From the NCBI GenBank assembly GCA_964519415.1, contig CAZFJM010000003.1:5668-69667 (forward strand): a DNA stretch of 64,000 nt, given 5' to 3'. Below, one piece after another: positions 18,470 to 28,431 of the stretch (its first letter is position 1; each line of letters begins with the position of its first letter). The notes beneath the pieces are model-generated. The model did not search any database. It was not told the origin of the DNA and saw only the letters and a list, made by a program, of their open reading frames with translations. This DNA is from Candidatus Woesearchaeota archaeon. Lineage in GTDB: Archaea; Nanobdellota; Nanobdellia; Pacearchaeales; GW2011-AR1. The position numbers and the translations under genes were made by a program.

Positions 18470-19141
18470 TTAAAAATTGATCTCAAAGTAGTCTCTAATC
18501 TCTTCAGTTTGGTTATACAGGAATTCTTTGTCTTCATTAACAATCATCAGGGCGCTCTCATTTGTATTTTTATAGTCCTGTAGTAATGCGTTCAAAGAAC
18601 TTATATTAAGATTTTTAGCGATTGGAATCAAGATTACTTTGTTTTGCGAATTCTCTTTTATTTCACTAGCTATTCTAGCCATTACTTTTTGTTTTGCTAC
18701 ATTCTCTACTTCTTCAGCTTGATAGTCATAAAGATAAACTACTGTATAAAAGATATCATTACCGCATCTCTTTTTAATATTAATACTATTAATCCAGAAT
18801 AAAGTTCTAAGGACATCAAATTTTCTATGCTCTCTTATAAGTTGGTATTTTGTTAGAATTGCGGAATTCTCATATTCTTCAAAGATAGATGCTTGTTGAT
18901 ATATACGGTCACCTATGTAAAAATTTCTTTCTATTAATTCAGAACAAGCATATTTTCCAAGATTAGATATGTCTAGTTGGTCTGCCAAACCGCTTATTTC
19001 ATCCTCTGTGCTAATATAATAATTAGCTAGTTCTAAATTTCTACTTTTTTCGATACTTAAACCTATGAGAAATCCCCCAATAAAGAGTAAAATAGTTAAC
19101 ACAAGTGCTTCTAAAAAATAATATCTATATCTCATCTCCAT
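18470..19141 (-). CDS. single-pass membrane protein, 223 aa
   Basis: N-terminal TM. Start overlaps the stop of the GT2 gene. Confidence 0.4.
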   Translation of the reverse strand: MEMRYRYYFLEALVLTILLFIGGFLIGLSIEKSRNLELANYYISTEDEISGLADQLDISNLGKYACSELIERNFYIGDRIYQQASIFEEYENSAILTKYQLIREHRKFDVLRTLFWINSINIKKRCGNDIFYTVVYLYDYQAEEVENVAKQKVMARIASEIKENSQNKVILIPIAKNLNISSLNALLQDYKNTNESALMIVNEDKEFLYNQTEEIRDYFEINF

Positions 19142-20373
19142 CTGAATTCTCCCCTAGACCATTTGTATATGGACCATATTATCATAAAAGGATATACAAT
19201 CAAGTATAAAGTCATATAAAATATCACTTCAAATAAATTCTCATTTTTCAAAAACTTGTCTTTCATTCCAATTAAAACAAGGAAAGTAAATAATAAGAAT
19301 AGTAAAAATAAAACTATTCCAAAATAATTTAGTAGGGTGGGAGTTATATTAAAATCGGCTATTGAAATAACATTAACATTTGCATTCATTTTGTATAATA
19401 ATATTTCCGCTTGATTAAACAGTCTACCTAGCAATAAATAAAAGAAAATGCCTACGCCAATTAAACCAATAGATAAGCCGAAAGCAAAGAATGGGATAAC
19501 AAAATAACCAAACATATTTCTTTGAAAAACATATCTAAAATATTTCTTCAAAACTTGGAAGCCCCCGATTGTCCACCTAACTCTTTGTATCCACCAGACT
19601 CTAATTTTTTCAGGAACAACTGTTTTTACTTTAGCTGCTAAGGACATTTTAACTTTCCATCCATTCTTTAGAATGTGCCAGGTTGATTCAATATCTTCAG
19701 TCATATTTGTTTTATCGAATCCTCCTATTTCATCAAGAGCTACTTTTCTATAAACAGATAAAGACCCGGGAGCAACATAAATCGAATCAATATATCCTAA
19801 TAATTTTCTTGTAAATGCAATAACTTTGTATTCTATTGATTGAAGTCTTCCTAAGAAAGTTTCTCTGTTTAAGGGAGTACAGGCTGCAGTAACTGCGCCG
19901 ACTTTTGTGTCTGAAAAATAACCCATCATATGTGAAAAAGCACTTTTTTCTGGATAACTATCTGCATCAATAATCGCTACAAAATCTCCTTTAACAAATT
20001 TTAAAGCATAATTTAAACTATCTGCCTTTCCAGAATTTTTCTTATCAATAACAATCAGTTTAGAATACTTTTTCTGTAGGCTTTTAGCAATTTTTAAAGT
20101 GTTATCTTTACTTCCATCATTAATTACAATAACTTCTTTTATTCCTTTATAGTCTGAAGCAAAAACATGTTCGATAGTTCCTGCGATTGTTTCTTCTTCA
20201 TTGTATGCTGGAATTAAAATACTTAATGAGTAATTATTCTCTAAAGAAGGCACATGCATTAGTTTATGTCTATTATGGAAATATAAAATTAAGCTAAGTA
20301 GTAGGAAGTATAAAGATACAAACATATAGAAAAAGTAAATTCCTTCAATTACTTCCATTATCTTCTCCCACAC
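19132..20373 (-). CDS. processive family-2 glycosyltransferase (polysaccharide synthase-like)
   Basis: GT2 motifs (SILIPAYNEE...VINDGSKDNT, IIDADS), QRVRW (the QxxRW motif of processive synthases), N- and C-terminal TM helices. Confidence 0.65.
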   Translation of the reverse strand: MWEKIMEVIEGIYFFYMFVSLYFLLLSLILYFHNRHKLMHVPSLENNYSLSILIPAYNEEETIAGTIEHVFASDYKGIKEVIVINDGSKDNTLKIAKSLQKKYSKLIVIDKKNSGKADSLNYALKFVKGDFVAIIDADSYPEKSAFSHMMGYFSDTKVGAVTAACTPLNRETFLGRLQSIEYKVIAFTRKLLGYIDSIYVAPGSLSVYRKVALDEIGGFDKTNMTEDIESTWHILKNGWKVKMSLAAKVKTVVPEKIRVWWIQRVRWTIGGFQVLKKYFRYVFQRNMFGYFVIPFFAFGLSIGLIGVGIFFYLLLGRLFNQAEILLYKMNANVNVISIADFNITPTLLNYFGIVLFLLFLLFTFLVLIGMKDKFLKNENLFEVIFYMTLYLIVYPFMIIWSIYKWSRGEFRWR

Positions 20374-20998
20374 TCTCCGCTTCTTCTATCTCTTCTTTTT
20401 CACTTTCCCCTTCTCCCTTCAAAATATTTCTTTTTTGTACATTAAAATACTCATAAAATTCTTCAGTAAGCATTAAATCGTTTGTATGTCCTGCTTTTTT
20501 AGATTGTAATAATCCCAACTCAATAAATTTTGCAATATGGTCGTATGCTTTATTACCTCTAATCTTAATAACGACAGATTGTTTGATAGGTTGTTTATAT
20601 GCAATAACTGCCAATGTTTCTTGTTCTGCTTTTGTAAATTCAGTATTTCCAGTAGCTAACTTATTTACCATATAAGTATATTTTTCAGAAACATCCATCT
20701 TCCAAGAATTATTTCTATTTACTAGAACAATAGCTCCTTTAGAATATCTTCTTTCAAGTTTTGTAAGTACTTCCTTTAACATAATAGGATTAATGTCTGT
20801 AAGCATGATTAGGTCTTGAATATTCAAGAATCTTCCAGCAATAAACAATGCAGCTTCAACCTTTTCTTCATTTTCTTTTTCTCTTTCTTCATACAAGTTA
20901 TCCATTTCATCTGCAGTTTCATGTGTAATAACCTTTTCAGAAACCTTCTGTTGTTCAGTTGTAGCCGGAACCTCTTCCATTTTGATCTCTTCTTCCAT
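20345..20998 (-). CDS. scpB: segregation and condensation protein B
   Basis: AALFIAGRFLNIQDL, LAVIAYKQPIKQSVVIKIRG and LTEEFYEYFNV match ScpB winged-helix motifs. No scpA seen in the window. Confidence 0.6.
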   Translation of the reverse strand: MEEEIKMEEVPATTEQQKVSEKVITHETADEMDNLYEEREKENEEKVEAALFIAGRFLNIQDLIMLTDINPIMLKEVLTKLERRYSKGAIVLVNRNNSWKMDVSEKYTYMVNKLATGNTEFTKAEQETLAVIAYKQPIKQSVVIKIRGNKAYDHIAKFIELGLLQSKKAGHTNDLMLTEEFYEYFNVQKRNILKGEGESEKEEIEEAESVGEDNGSN

Positions 20999-21043
20999 AA
21001 ATTACTAATGAATAGAGGGTTTTAAAGGGTTTTTATTGTAGAA

Positions 21044-22138
21044 TTAATTCACAGCGTATCTTAAAATTCCGCCAACGCCACCAATATTCAAAAATTGAAC
21101 GCCTTCCTGTGTTTCTGCGGTAACGATATGAACTTCAACAGATGTTGTTTTTGCAAGTTCTTCAAGTTGCTTGATTTTTTCTCTTGGTAATTCCTTGGAA
21201 ATAACTAATTTTCCAACTGCTCCCATACTTAATCTTTCTTCAACTTCAGCCATACCATACGCAATCTTTTCTGGTTGTTTTGCAAGCATCATAAAAAATT
21301 CATCCAAAATCTCTCTCTGTTTTGTAACTTCTTGCTCTGCTAAAATATCTTTTGAAGATTCAACTAGCGCTCGTAATCCGGGATAATCGCTATCACCTAT
21401 ATCTCTAACTCCTATAATTTTATCTTTTAGCTGAGTTGCCAGATTTCCCATTTCAATATATTCTTCTTTTGTTGGAATTGGTCCGCCTATTAAAATTCCC
21501 TTTAATTTTTTATTTTCAAAAAAACATTCTTTCATAACTTCTGAAACTCTTCTATAGAATTCTTTAGCTGCACCTTCAGTAGCTCTTTCAAATCTTTGTG
21601 CAGACTGTCCGCCAGATCTTTGTTTTGAAGGAACCCCAGAAGTCATGCTATGTAGCATCTTAATAGATTTTCCTTCTAAAATACCAATAGCTGCTTCTTT
21701 TCTATCAATAACTAATAAACCATAAACTTCATCTGTCTCAAGCATCTCTCTTAAGGGTTCTACCACAAAAGTTTGGTCACATCTATAGACTCTAACTTTC
21801 AATGGTTTTGGAGGTTCAATATTCCAAATTCTAACGTCTTCTTGTCCTTCAACTTCTGAAACATTTCCCGCGTACATTGCAAGACCATTCTCAGGTAATT
21901 TTTGTCCAATTAATTTTAACTGTCTGGAAATTCTTTCTAAAGCATCCAATACTGCCTTTCTTACATTCTTGGATTTAATATTTTCAGCAGTTCCCTTTTC
22001 AGTATCTATTTGTTTAACTACGTTGTTTATGTTAAACTCTGCCGGAATTAAAACACTAATAAGTTCAGTGTGTCTTCCACGGTAGCTTTCAAGTTCTTTT
22101 ACGGTTTCTTCAAACTCGTACTTTTCTGCATCATTCAT
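21044..22138 (-). CDS. prf1: peptide chain release factor aRF1
   Basis: NIKS motif (ENIKSKN), GGQ motif (SGGQSAQRF), 364 aa. Confidence 0.9.
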   Translation of the reverse strand: MNDAEKYEFEETVKELESYRGRHTELISVLIPAEFNINNVVKQIDTEKGTAENIKSKNVRKAVLDALERISRQLKLIGQKLPENGLAMYAGNVSEVEGQEDVRIWNIEPPKPLKVRVYRCDQTFVVEPLREMLETDEVYGLLVIDRKEAAIGILEGKSIKMLHSMTSGVPSKQRSGGQSAQRFERATEGAAKEFYRRVSEVMKECFFENKKLKGILIGGPIPTKEEYIEMGNLATQLKDKIIGVRDIGDSDYPGLRALVESSKDILAEQEVTKQREILDEFFMMLAKQPEKIAYGMAEVEERLSMGAVGKLVISKELPREKIKQLEELAKTTSVEVHIVTAETQEGVQFLNIGGVGGILRYAVN

Positions 22139-22189
22139 AATTAGGTCAGTTATTGAGGATTTATAAAGGTTAAGACATATTTATTTAGC

Positions 22190-22441
22190 ATGGTAGAAAA
22201 ACCTTGGTGCGTTTATATTCTAGAATGTCTTGACGGTTCTTATTATACTGGTGTCACAAACGATGTTGAAAAAAGGATGAAAGCTCATAAGTCTAAAAAA
22301 GGTAGTAAGTACGTAATGCGACACGGATTTAGTCATCTAATTGCAACAAAACCCTGCAAAGATAAATCAGATGCCTGTAAAGCAGAATACTGGATTAAAC
22401 AATTACCTAGGAATGAGAAGTTAAACGCGTTCAAAGAATAG
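22190..22441 (+). CDS. GIY-YIG nuclease-domain protein (stand-alone)
   Basis: CVYILECLDGSYYTGVTNDVEKRMKAH is a canonical GIY-YIG motif. 83 aa. Confidence 0.75.
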   Translation: MVEKPWCVYILECLDGSYYTGVTNDVEKRMKAHKSKKGSKYVMRHGFSHLIATKPCKDKSDACKAEYWIKQLPRNEKLNAFKE

Positions 22442-22471
22442 GTTTAAAAGACTAGATTTTTAAGAATTTTT

Positions 22472-22882
22472 ATGGAAAGACCAAAAGAAACTGAAAAGCA
22501 TGATGTTCCGGAAATAAGTATATTGGAACAAACACTTTACGAACCTCAAACCATGGGTTCATGTTCTAGTTCATCTAGAAGTTCGGGCATGATGACATAT
22601 ACTATGTGTAGAGAAAAGAATTATTCTTTCGTTGCTTATCCTGGTCCAGACGTAGTTATGGCAGGTTCACGTGCAGAGCACCTTCCATTACACTTTCACG
22701 TAAAAGGTAAGCAAGGTAGAGAGTTAAGAATTTTAACAGAAGACTTCAGTGAGTACGATGGATATCCAATTCCTAGAGAATTAAGAGTCTATTTTAGAGA
22801 AGAAACTGTAGCCCAATTTTTAAGAGATAACACAAAAAGCGTATTTGAAACTGGAAAACCTAAAGAGCAAGAGTCTAAATAA
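22472..22882 (+). CDS. hypothetical protein, 136 aa
   Basis: ORF track. GC looks higher than neighbours. No family recognised. Confidence 0.3.
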   Translation: MERPKETEKHDVPEISILEQTLYEPQTMGSCSSSSRSSGMMTYTMCREKNYSFVAYPGPDVVMAGSRAEHLPLHFHVKGKQGRELRILTEDFSEYDGYPIPRELRVYFREETVAQFLRDNTKSVFETGKPKEQESK

Positions 22883-25217
22883 ATTCTACCTTAAAATTTC
22901 CTTCTTTGATTTCTTTAGCACAGGTTACTGCTTTCAAATCTTCTAAAATATCTTCAATCTTTTTCATTTTCTCTTTTTCAAGAGTCAAAATAATTTCTGC
23001 TTTCATAGACTTCTGAGCTTTAGATTTTTCATGTCTTATCGCAGTCAATATTTCATACAAGATATCTAGCTCATCAGATATTTTTTCTTTAGAAAATTCT
23101 GGCCATTCTGAAATATGGATTGATTCACTCTTCTCAGCTTTCTTAAAATATTCTTGATATATTTCCTCGCTAATAAATGGCATAATTGGAGCAATCAATT
23201 TCAAAATAGTTAAAAGAGAAGTATGTAAAGCGTATTGTGCAGATTTTTTCTTATCTCCTTCAGCATTATAAATTCTATTCTTAACAATCTCTAAATAATT
23301 ATCACAGAAACTTTGCCAGAAGAATTTCTCAACATCCATCTTTACTCTGCTATATTCATAATTTTCAAAACTTTCTGTACAAGACTTAACAAGCGAGTTC
23401 AATTTATCTAAAAATAATTCGTCAACCTTTTCAAACTTCTTAGGTTTTTTACCATCGAAATCTTGTAAGCCCATGAAAACGAACTTTGTAGCATTCCATA
23501 GTTTTGTAATAAATTTCTTTCCATTCAATAAATCTTTTTCCTGATAATCTAGGTCTTCTCCAAGTTTAGAACCTGCAGCCCAGAATCTTAAAGCATCTGC
23601 ACCATAATTATCTAAAATAAATCTTGGCTCAATAACATTTCCTTTGGATTTTGACATTTTTTCGCCACCTAAAGAAACGACTCCGGAAATCATTATATTT
23701 TCCCAAGGGATTGTTTTTTCATGGAAATAAGATTTTACAATTGTATAAAATGCCCAAGTTCTAATTATATCATGTGCATTTGGTCTTAAGGAGAACGGAA
23801 TCGCTTTCTTTCCTAATAAAGATTCTACAAGCTGCGGAGTTAATGAGGATGTTGCCCAAGTATCTAAAACTTTTTTCTCAGGAACTGCAACAACATTACA
23901 TTTTTTACATTTCTTTTCAATCATAGTTGGGTCAATAGGCAGTTCTTTTTCTTCTGCTAAAATTACTTCCTTACATTTAGGACATTCCCAAACAGGAATC
24001 GGGATACCAAAATGTCTGTCTCTTGAAATATTCCAATCCCACTCTAGTCCATTAACCCAAGAATCATATCTTTTATGCATAAATTCTGGATACCACTTTA
24101 TTTTATTTCCGAGTTTAATCCAATCTTCTTTATTTTCTAAAATTTTAATAAACCATTGTTCTGTTGCTAAAAATTCAACTTCTGTTCCGCACTTATCATG
24201 AACATTAACATTATGTGTAATTGACTTTTGTTCAGTTATTAATCCTGCTTCTTTCAAATCAGCCAATATTTTTTTTCTTGCTTCTCTTATTTTCATTCCA
24301 GCATAATTTCCAAAATTTAAAGTTCCGTTCAGATTTAGAACTATTTTTGCCTTTAGGTTATGTCTTCTAATTGCATCAGCGTCGTATTTATCTCCATAAG
24401 AACAAATCATCAAAACACCGGTTCCTTTGTCTATTTGAGCAGATTCATCTGCAATTATTGGAACTTCAACATTAAACAAGGGAGTTTTTGCTTTCTTTCC
24501 GATTAATTTTTTATATCTTTCATCAGTAGGATTTACAAAAACCGCAACACACGCTGGAATTAATTCAGGTCTTGTTGTACCAATTAACAAATCTTTTCCT
24601 TCACATGAAAATTTAATAGTTGTAAATAAACTTGGCAATTCTTTATCTTCTAATTCTGCCTGAGCAATAGCAGTTTGACATTCTGGACACCACATAGAAG
24701 GAAATTCTTTCTTATAAGCTATTTTTCTTTTATACAAATCAATAAAACTTTGCTGAGATATTTTTCTAGAGTTATCATCAATTGTAGAATATCTTAATTC
24801 AAAATCACAGGAAGATCCTATATCTTTCCAATCTTGCATAAATTGAGGGGTAATTTCCTTGATAGTTTCAAGACAGAGTTTAATAAAAGCTTCACGACTC
24901 ATTTCTTTGCTTTTTACGCCCTTTAATTTTTCAACAAGTCTTTCAGTTGGCAATCCGTTATCATCTGTTCCAAAAGGATAAACAACATTTCCGTTAAACA
25001 TTCTTCTAAATCTTACAATAAAGTCTTGCTGAGAATACGAGAACGCATGTCCTAAATGCATCTTACCCGAAACTGTTGGCGGAGGAGTATCAACATAATA
25101 GGCTTTCTTTCCAGGTTTAGCTGCATAAATTTTCCTAGCTTCCCAGAATTTCTTTAGTTTTTCTTCTGATTCTTTAAAATTGTACTGTTTATTTTCTTGT
25201 GCATCTGCCATACACAT
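22875..25217 (-). CDS. valS: valyl-tRNA synthetase (class I aaRS)
   Basis: DTPPPTVSGKMHLGHA (PPP.V.G HIGH region), FGTDDNGLPTE, KMSKSKGN. 780 aa is short for ValRS, so IleRS/LeuRS cannot be excluded by eye. Confidence 0.65.
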   Translation of the reverse strand: MCMADAQENKQYNFKESEEKLKKFWEARKIYAAKPGKKAYYVDTPPPTVSGKMHLGHAFSYSQQDFIVRFRRMFNGNVVYPFGTDDNGLPTERLVEKLKGVKSKEMSREAFIKLCLETIKEITPQFMQDWKDIGSSCDFELRYSTIDDNSRKISQQSFIDLYKRKIAYKKEFPSMWCPECQTAIAQAELEDKELPSLFTTIKFSCEGKDLLIGTTRPELIPACVAVFVNPTDERYKKLIGKKAKTPLFNVEVPIIADESAQIDKGTGVLMICSYGDKYDADAIRRHNLKAKIVLNLNGTLNFGNYAGMKIREARKKILADLKEAGLITEQKSITHNVNVHDKCGTEVEFLATEQWFIKILENKEDWIKLGNKIKWYPEFMHKRYDSWVNGLEWDWNISRDRHFGIPIPVWECPKCKEVILAEEKELPIDPTMIEKKCKKCNVVAVPEKKVLDTWATSSLTPQLVESLLGKKAIPFSLRPNAHDIIRTWAFYTIVKSYFHEKTIPWENIMISGVVSLGGEKMSKSKGNVIEPRFILDNYGADALRFWAAGSKLGEDLDYQEKDLLNGKKFITKLWNATKFVFMGLQDFDGKKPKKFEKVDELFLDKLNSLVKSCTESFENYEYSRVKMDVEKFFWQSFCDNYLEIVKNRIYNAEGDKKKSAQYALHTSLLTILKLIAPIMPFISEEIYQEYFKKAEKSESIHISEWPEFSKEKISDELDILYEILTAIRHEKSKAQKSMKAEIILTLEKEKMKKIEDILEDLKAVTCAKEIKEGNFKVEFI

Positions 25218-25250
25218 TACATAAATTTACTATATAAAAAGATAACTATC

Positions 25251-25493
25251 TTAGGCGCCTCTTTTTTCTAACCAACGGCTTGCCTGATTATAGACATCCA
25301 AAGCATATGCAGCCGAATTAAAATCGCCGTCTATACATGCTTGTTCAATAGTTTGGTAAAATGGAACCATACGTTCTTGGACCCATTCGGTCTCATTAAG
25401 ACCTATCCTGGCCCTTATTCTTACAGCAGCAGTTCTCAAACAATGAGAATACCATAATTCCTTGTTTTCAGACACTATTTGTGCATTAACCAT
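25251..25493 (-). CDS. hypothetical protein, 80 aa, compositionally atypical
   Basis: ORF track. Noticeably GC-richer (~40-45% by eye) than surroundings. Confidence 0.3.
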   Translation of the reverse strand: MVNAQIVSENKELWYSHCLRTAAVRIRARIGLNETEWVQERMVPFYQTIEQACIDGDFNSAAYALDVYNQASRWLEKRGA

Positions 25494-25531
25494 TAAAAGG
25501 CAAACTATAGCTTATATATAAACTTTTCCCT

Positions 25532-25969
25532 TTAGCTATTCAAAATCTGCATAGAAAATTGGTTATATTTATGGCCTTCATAAATTTCAGTACCTACTAT
25601 TCTAAAACCACATGAGCTATAAAATTTTTCCAGACCATATTTCTGAAAAGAGTCCACGCACAAAAATCTTATATCTTTTTCTATTGCATAATTCTTAGCA
25701 AAATTAACCATTGCTTTGCCGATGCCTTTGCCATGAAGTAATCTTTCAACTGCAATTGCTTCGATGCACAATCGGTCTTTCAAGGTCTTTAGGCACATTG
25801 CAGAAACAAGTTTGTCTCCTTCCATTCCTTTGAAATAACTTTTTTTATAAGTTTCCTCTAAAACCCACTCAGGAGTATCCCACTTAAAGTTAGGTATATC
25901 AATATGAAACAAACGATTTAACTCGACAATCCTATCTGCATCATTCGGTATTGCTCGTAGTATCTCCAT
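25532..25969 (-). CDS. GNAT-family N-acetyltransferase
   Basis: IEAIAVERLLHGKGIGKAMVNFA is the acetyl-CoA-binding motif (Q/R..G.G). Confidence 0.7.
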   Translation of the reverse strand: MEILRAIPNDADRIVELNRLFHIDIPNFKWDTPEWVLEETYKKSYFKGMEGDKLVSAMCLKTLKDRLCIEAIAVERLLHGKGIGKAMVNFAKNYAIEKDIRFLCVDSFQKYGLEKFYSSCGFRIVGTEIYEGHKYNQFSMQILNS

Positions 25970-26037
25970 ATTTTTTGAGACTTTAGCAGATTTATATAAT
26001 TAATTATCTTTAAATATCTAAAGAGGCTAAACTAAAC

Positions 26038-26658
26038 ATGACAAAAGAGCAAAAAAAAGGCCTAAAGATTTTAGCCGCAGCAGATTTTCAAGGTAGCTCG
26101 GCCGTAGCAGAGTCATTAGCAGCTAAAGCTGAAAAAGAAAAAGTCGACTTAGTAATTTTAGCAGGTGATATTCATGGTCATCAACCAACAAGAAATCTAA
26201 TTGCACCATTCATAAAAAGACATCAGAAAGTAATCTTCGTTCCAGGAAATTGGGACACTACTGTAGACTCTAATATGATTAAAGACATCTACAAGATAAA
26301 TAATATAGATGGAAGTTATACGCATTACAATGGCGTAGACATTATTGGTATAGGTAGTCCTGATTTTGCCCTAGACATTGACACTGAAAAGAACTTAGAC
26401 AAATTGATTAACAATTTTGAAAAAGTAAGCACTAAAGATTCTAAGAAAATATTAGTTTCTCATATTCACGCAAGAAACACTTTAGCAGAATTCTCCGGAA
26501 TTCCAGGTAGTGAAATTGTAAGGCATGTTATTGATCATTTCCAGCCAGATATTTTTATTTCTTCCCATATACACGAAGCAGAGGGATTAGAACAGAAAAT
26601 CGGAAAAACGAAAGTTTTCCAAGTTGGTAAAAAAGGTAAAATAATTCAAATTGATTAA
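26038..26658 (+). CDS. metallophosphoesterase (calcineurin-like)
   Basis: ILAAADFQGS, LAGDIHGH, VPGNWD and SHIHAR phosphoesterase motifs. Confidence 0.65.
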   Translation: MTKEQKKGLKILAAADFQGSSAVAESLAAKAEKEKVDLVILAGDIHGHQPTRNLIAPFIKRHQKVIFVPGNWDTTVDSNMIKDIYKINNIDGSYTHYNGVDIIGIGSPDFALDIDTEKNLDKLINNFEKVSTKDSKKILVSHIHARNTLAEFSGIPGSEIVRHVIDHFQPDIFISSHIHEAEGLEQKIGKTKVFQVGKKGKIIQID

Positions 26659-27662
26659 TTATTACTCACTAATTCTTTAACAAGTCTTATTGTATAAACC
26701 AAAATTAAAGGTCCGATTATAAATCCAAATATTCCGAATATGGTCGTCCCACCTAAAATTCCAATAATCATAATTAATGGGTGTATTTTTGCCCTACCAG
26801 ACAGGACTTTTGAGACTAAAATTGTTTCTATAAATAATGCAATTATTACCCAAGTAGCAAGAATAATTCCGAACGCATACCAATTATTCATTAAAGCATA
26901 ATAAATCAAAAGAGGGATGTTAACTATTGAAGGACCCAATCCCGGGATAAATACAAAAATCGCAACAAGGAAAGATAAAAGTAAATAGAATTTAACTCCT
27001 GCAATATAAAGTCCAATAGCTGAAATAATAAAGTCTAATATTGCAATTAAAAAATATCCAAAGACAATTCCATGTGTAGCTAGATTAATTTCATGTGTAA
27101 CTCTCTCTTTATCTTTGAAAGGTATGAATTTTTTAACTTGCTTTACAATTGAATTCCAACCAACCAATATGTAAAAAAATGAAAAAAGGAAAACCAATGC
27201 AGAAAGCAATACCGAAGGTAAACTTGAAGCAATAGTTCCAACGAGTGAGAATACAATCATTCCAACCTGATTAACTCCCTTCTCCCAATCAAAATTAATT
27301 TTATTTATTATAGGCAAAGAGGTTAATTCATTAACTACATCCATTACATTTGTATTTCTAATAGTATCGCTGGCTTGATTAGCTAAAGTTGTAATTGCAA
27401 GAGTTGCGGGAACAATAATTATAGTTAAAATTAATATTAGACAAATAACTGCTGAAATATTTTCTCCAAATCTTTTTTTAAGAAAATCGAAAACAGGTTT
27501 GCATAAATAAGCAAGAACAAAAGAAGAAATTAAAACAATCATATAAGGTTTGATAATCTGATATGAGAGGAATATAAGAAGAATAATTATTCCCAGTAAA
27601 ATATACTTACCAGAACTCTTTTCTTCTGTATTTACAGAAACCTTACCTCTTCTCTTTTTCAT
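26655..27662 (-). CDS. AI-2E/UPF0118-type membrane transporter
   Basis: 335 aa, ~8 TM helices, G-rich C-terminal segments typical of the family. Confidence 0.45.
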   Translation of the reverse strand: MKKRRGKVSVNTEEKSSGKYILLGIIILLIFLSYQIIKPYMIVLISSFVLAYLCKPVFDFLKKRFGENISAVICLILILTIIIVPATLAITTLANQASDTIRNTNVMDVVNELTSLPIINKINFDWEKGVNQVGMIVFSLVGTIASSLPSVLLSALVFLFSFFYILVGWNSIVKQVKKFIPFKDKERVTHEINLATHGIVFGYFLIAILDFIISAIGLYIAGVKFYLLLSFLVAIFVFIPGLGPSIVNIPLLIYYALMNNWYAFGIILATWVIIALFIETILVSKVLSGRAKIHPLIMIIGILGGTTIFGIFGFIIGPLILVYTIRLVKELVSNN

Positions 27663-27791
27663 AAATGAGAAAGGTTAATGCTATTTATAAAACTTCTTCA
27701 AAACTTGATTTTATATTAATGCTTCAGAAAAACAAAATAGATCGTCCACAAGAAGTTAAGAATGCACATGTTGTTGTAAATTTGTTTAAAA

Positions 27792-28361
27792 TTAATTTCC
27801 TTGTCTGTTATTAGCTCTTAAGCTCGGTCTAACTTTAGGAACTTTGAAAGGAGAATTTCTTAATCCTCTAGCCTTTGCAGCAGCAGATGTTAATCCTCTA
27901 AAGATTCTCTTCTTGTTTGCTGGTTTAGCTATAAAACTTAATTGTTTGTCAGTCTTGATTTCTGGAGCTTCCCTGTCTACCATAATAACTTCATAAAAAT
28001 AATGCATTCCGTCTCTTCCAATCCAATAAGAATTCAAAGCTTCACAGTTAGGATATTTTCTAGCTGCTCTTTGCTCACAGATTTGTTGATAATTCATTTT
28101 CAAATTAAGATGTGTGTGCATTCTTCTACCCATTCTACCTTTCTTTGGTCTAGGTCTTCTATGTCCGCCTCTAAGAACTTTAACTCTAACTACAAAAACG
28201 CCTTTCTTTGCTTTGTATCCTAATGAATGTGCTCTGTCTAATCTTAATGGAGTATCTACTCTAACAACGGAACCGCCAGCTCTCCACTCAATCATTCTTT
28301 GTCTAAGTGCTTCAGCATCTGGTTTCTTCCATGCTTCTCTCAAATATTTTGCTAATCCCAT
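27792..28361 (-). CDS. rpl15e: ribosomal protein L15e (eL15)
   Basis: MGLAKYLREAWKKP...VRVKVLRGGHRRPRPKKGR is canonical L15e. 189 aa. Confidence 0.85.
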   Translation of the reverse strand: MGLAKYLREAWKKPDAEALRQRMIEWRAGGSVVRVDTPLRLDRAHSLGYKAKKGVFVVRVKVLRGGHRRPRPKKGRMGRRMHTHLNLKMNYQQICEQRAARKYPNCEALNSYWIGRDGMHYFYEVIMVDREAPEIKTDKQLSFIAKPANKKRIFRGLTSAAAKARGLRNSPFKVPKVRPSLRANNRQGN

Positions 28362-28431
28362 ATTTCTCTTATCAAAAGTGGGTTTAAAAAGATTACTATT
28401 GAGAAATTTAAAATTTTAATCAAAACTTCTT

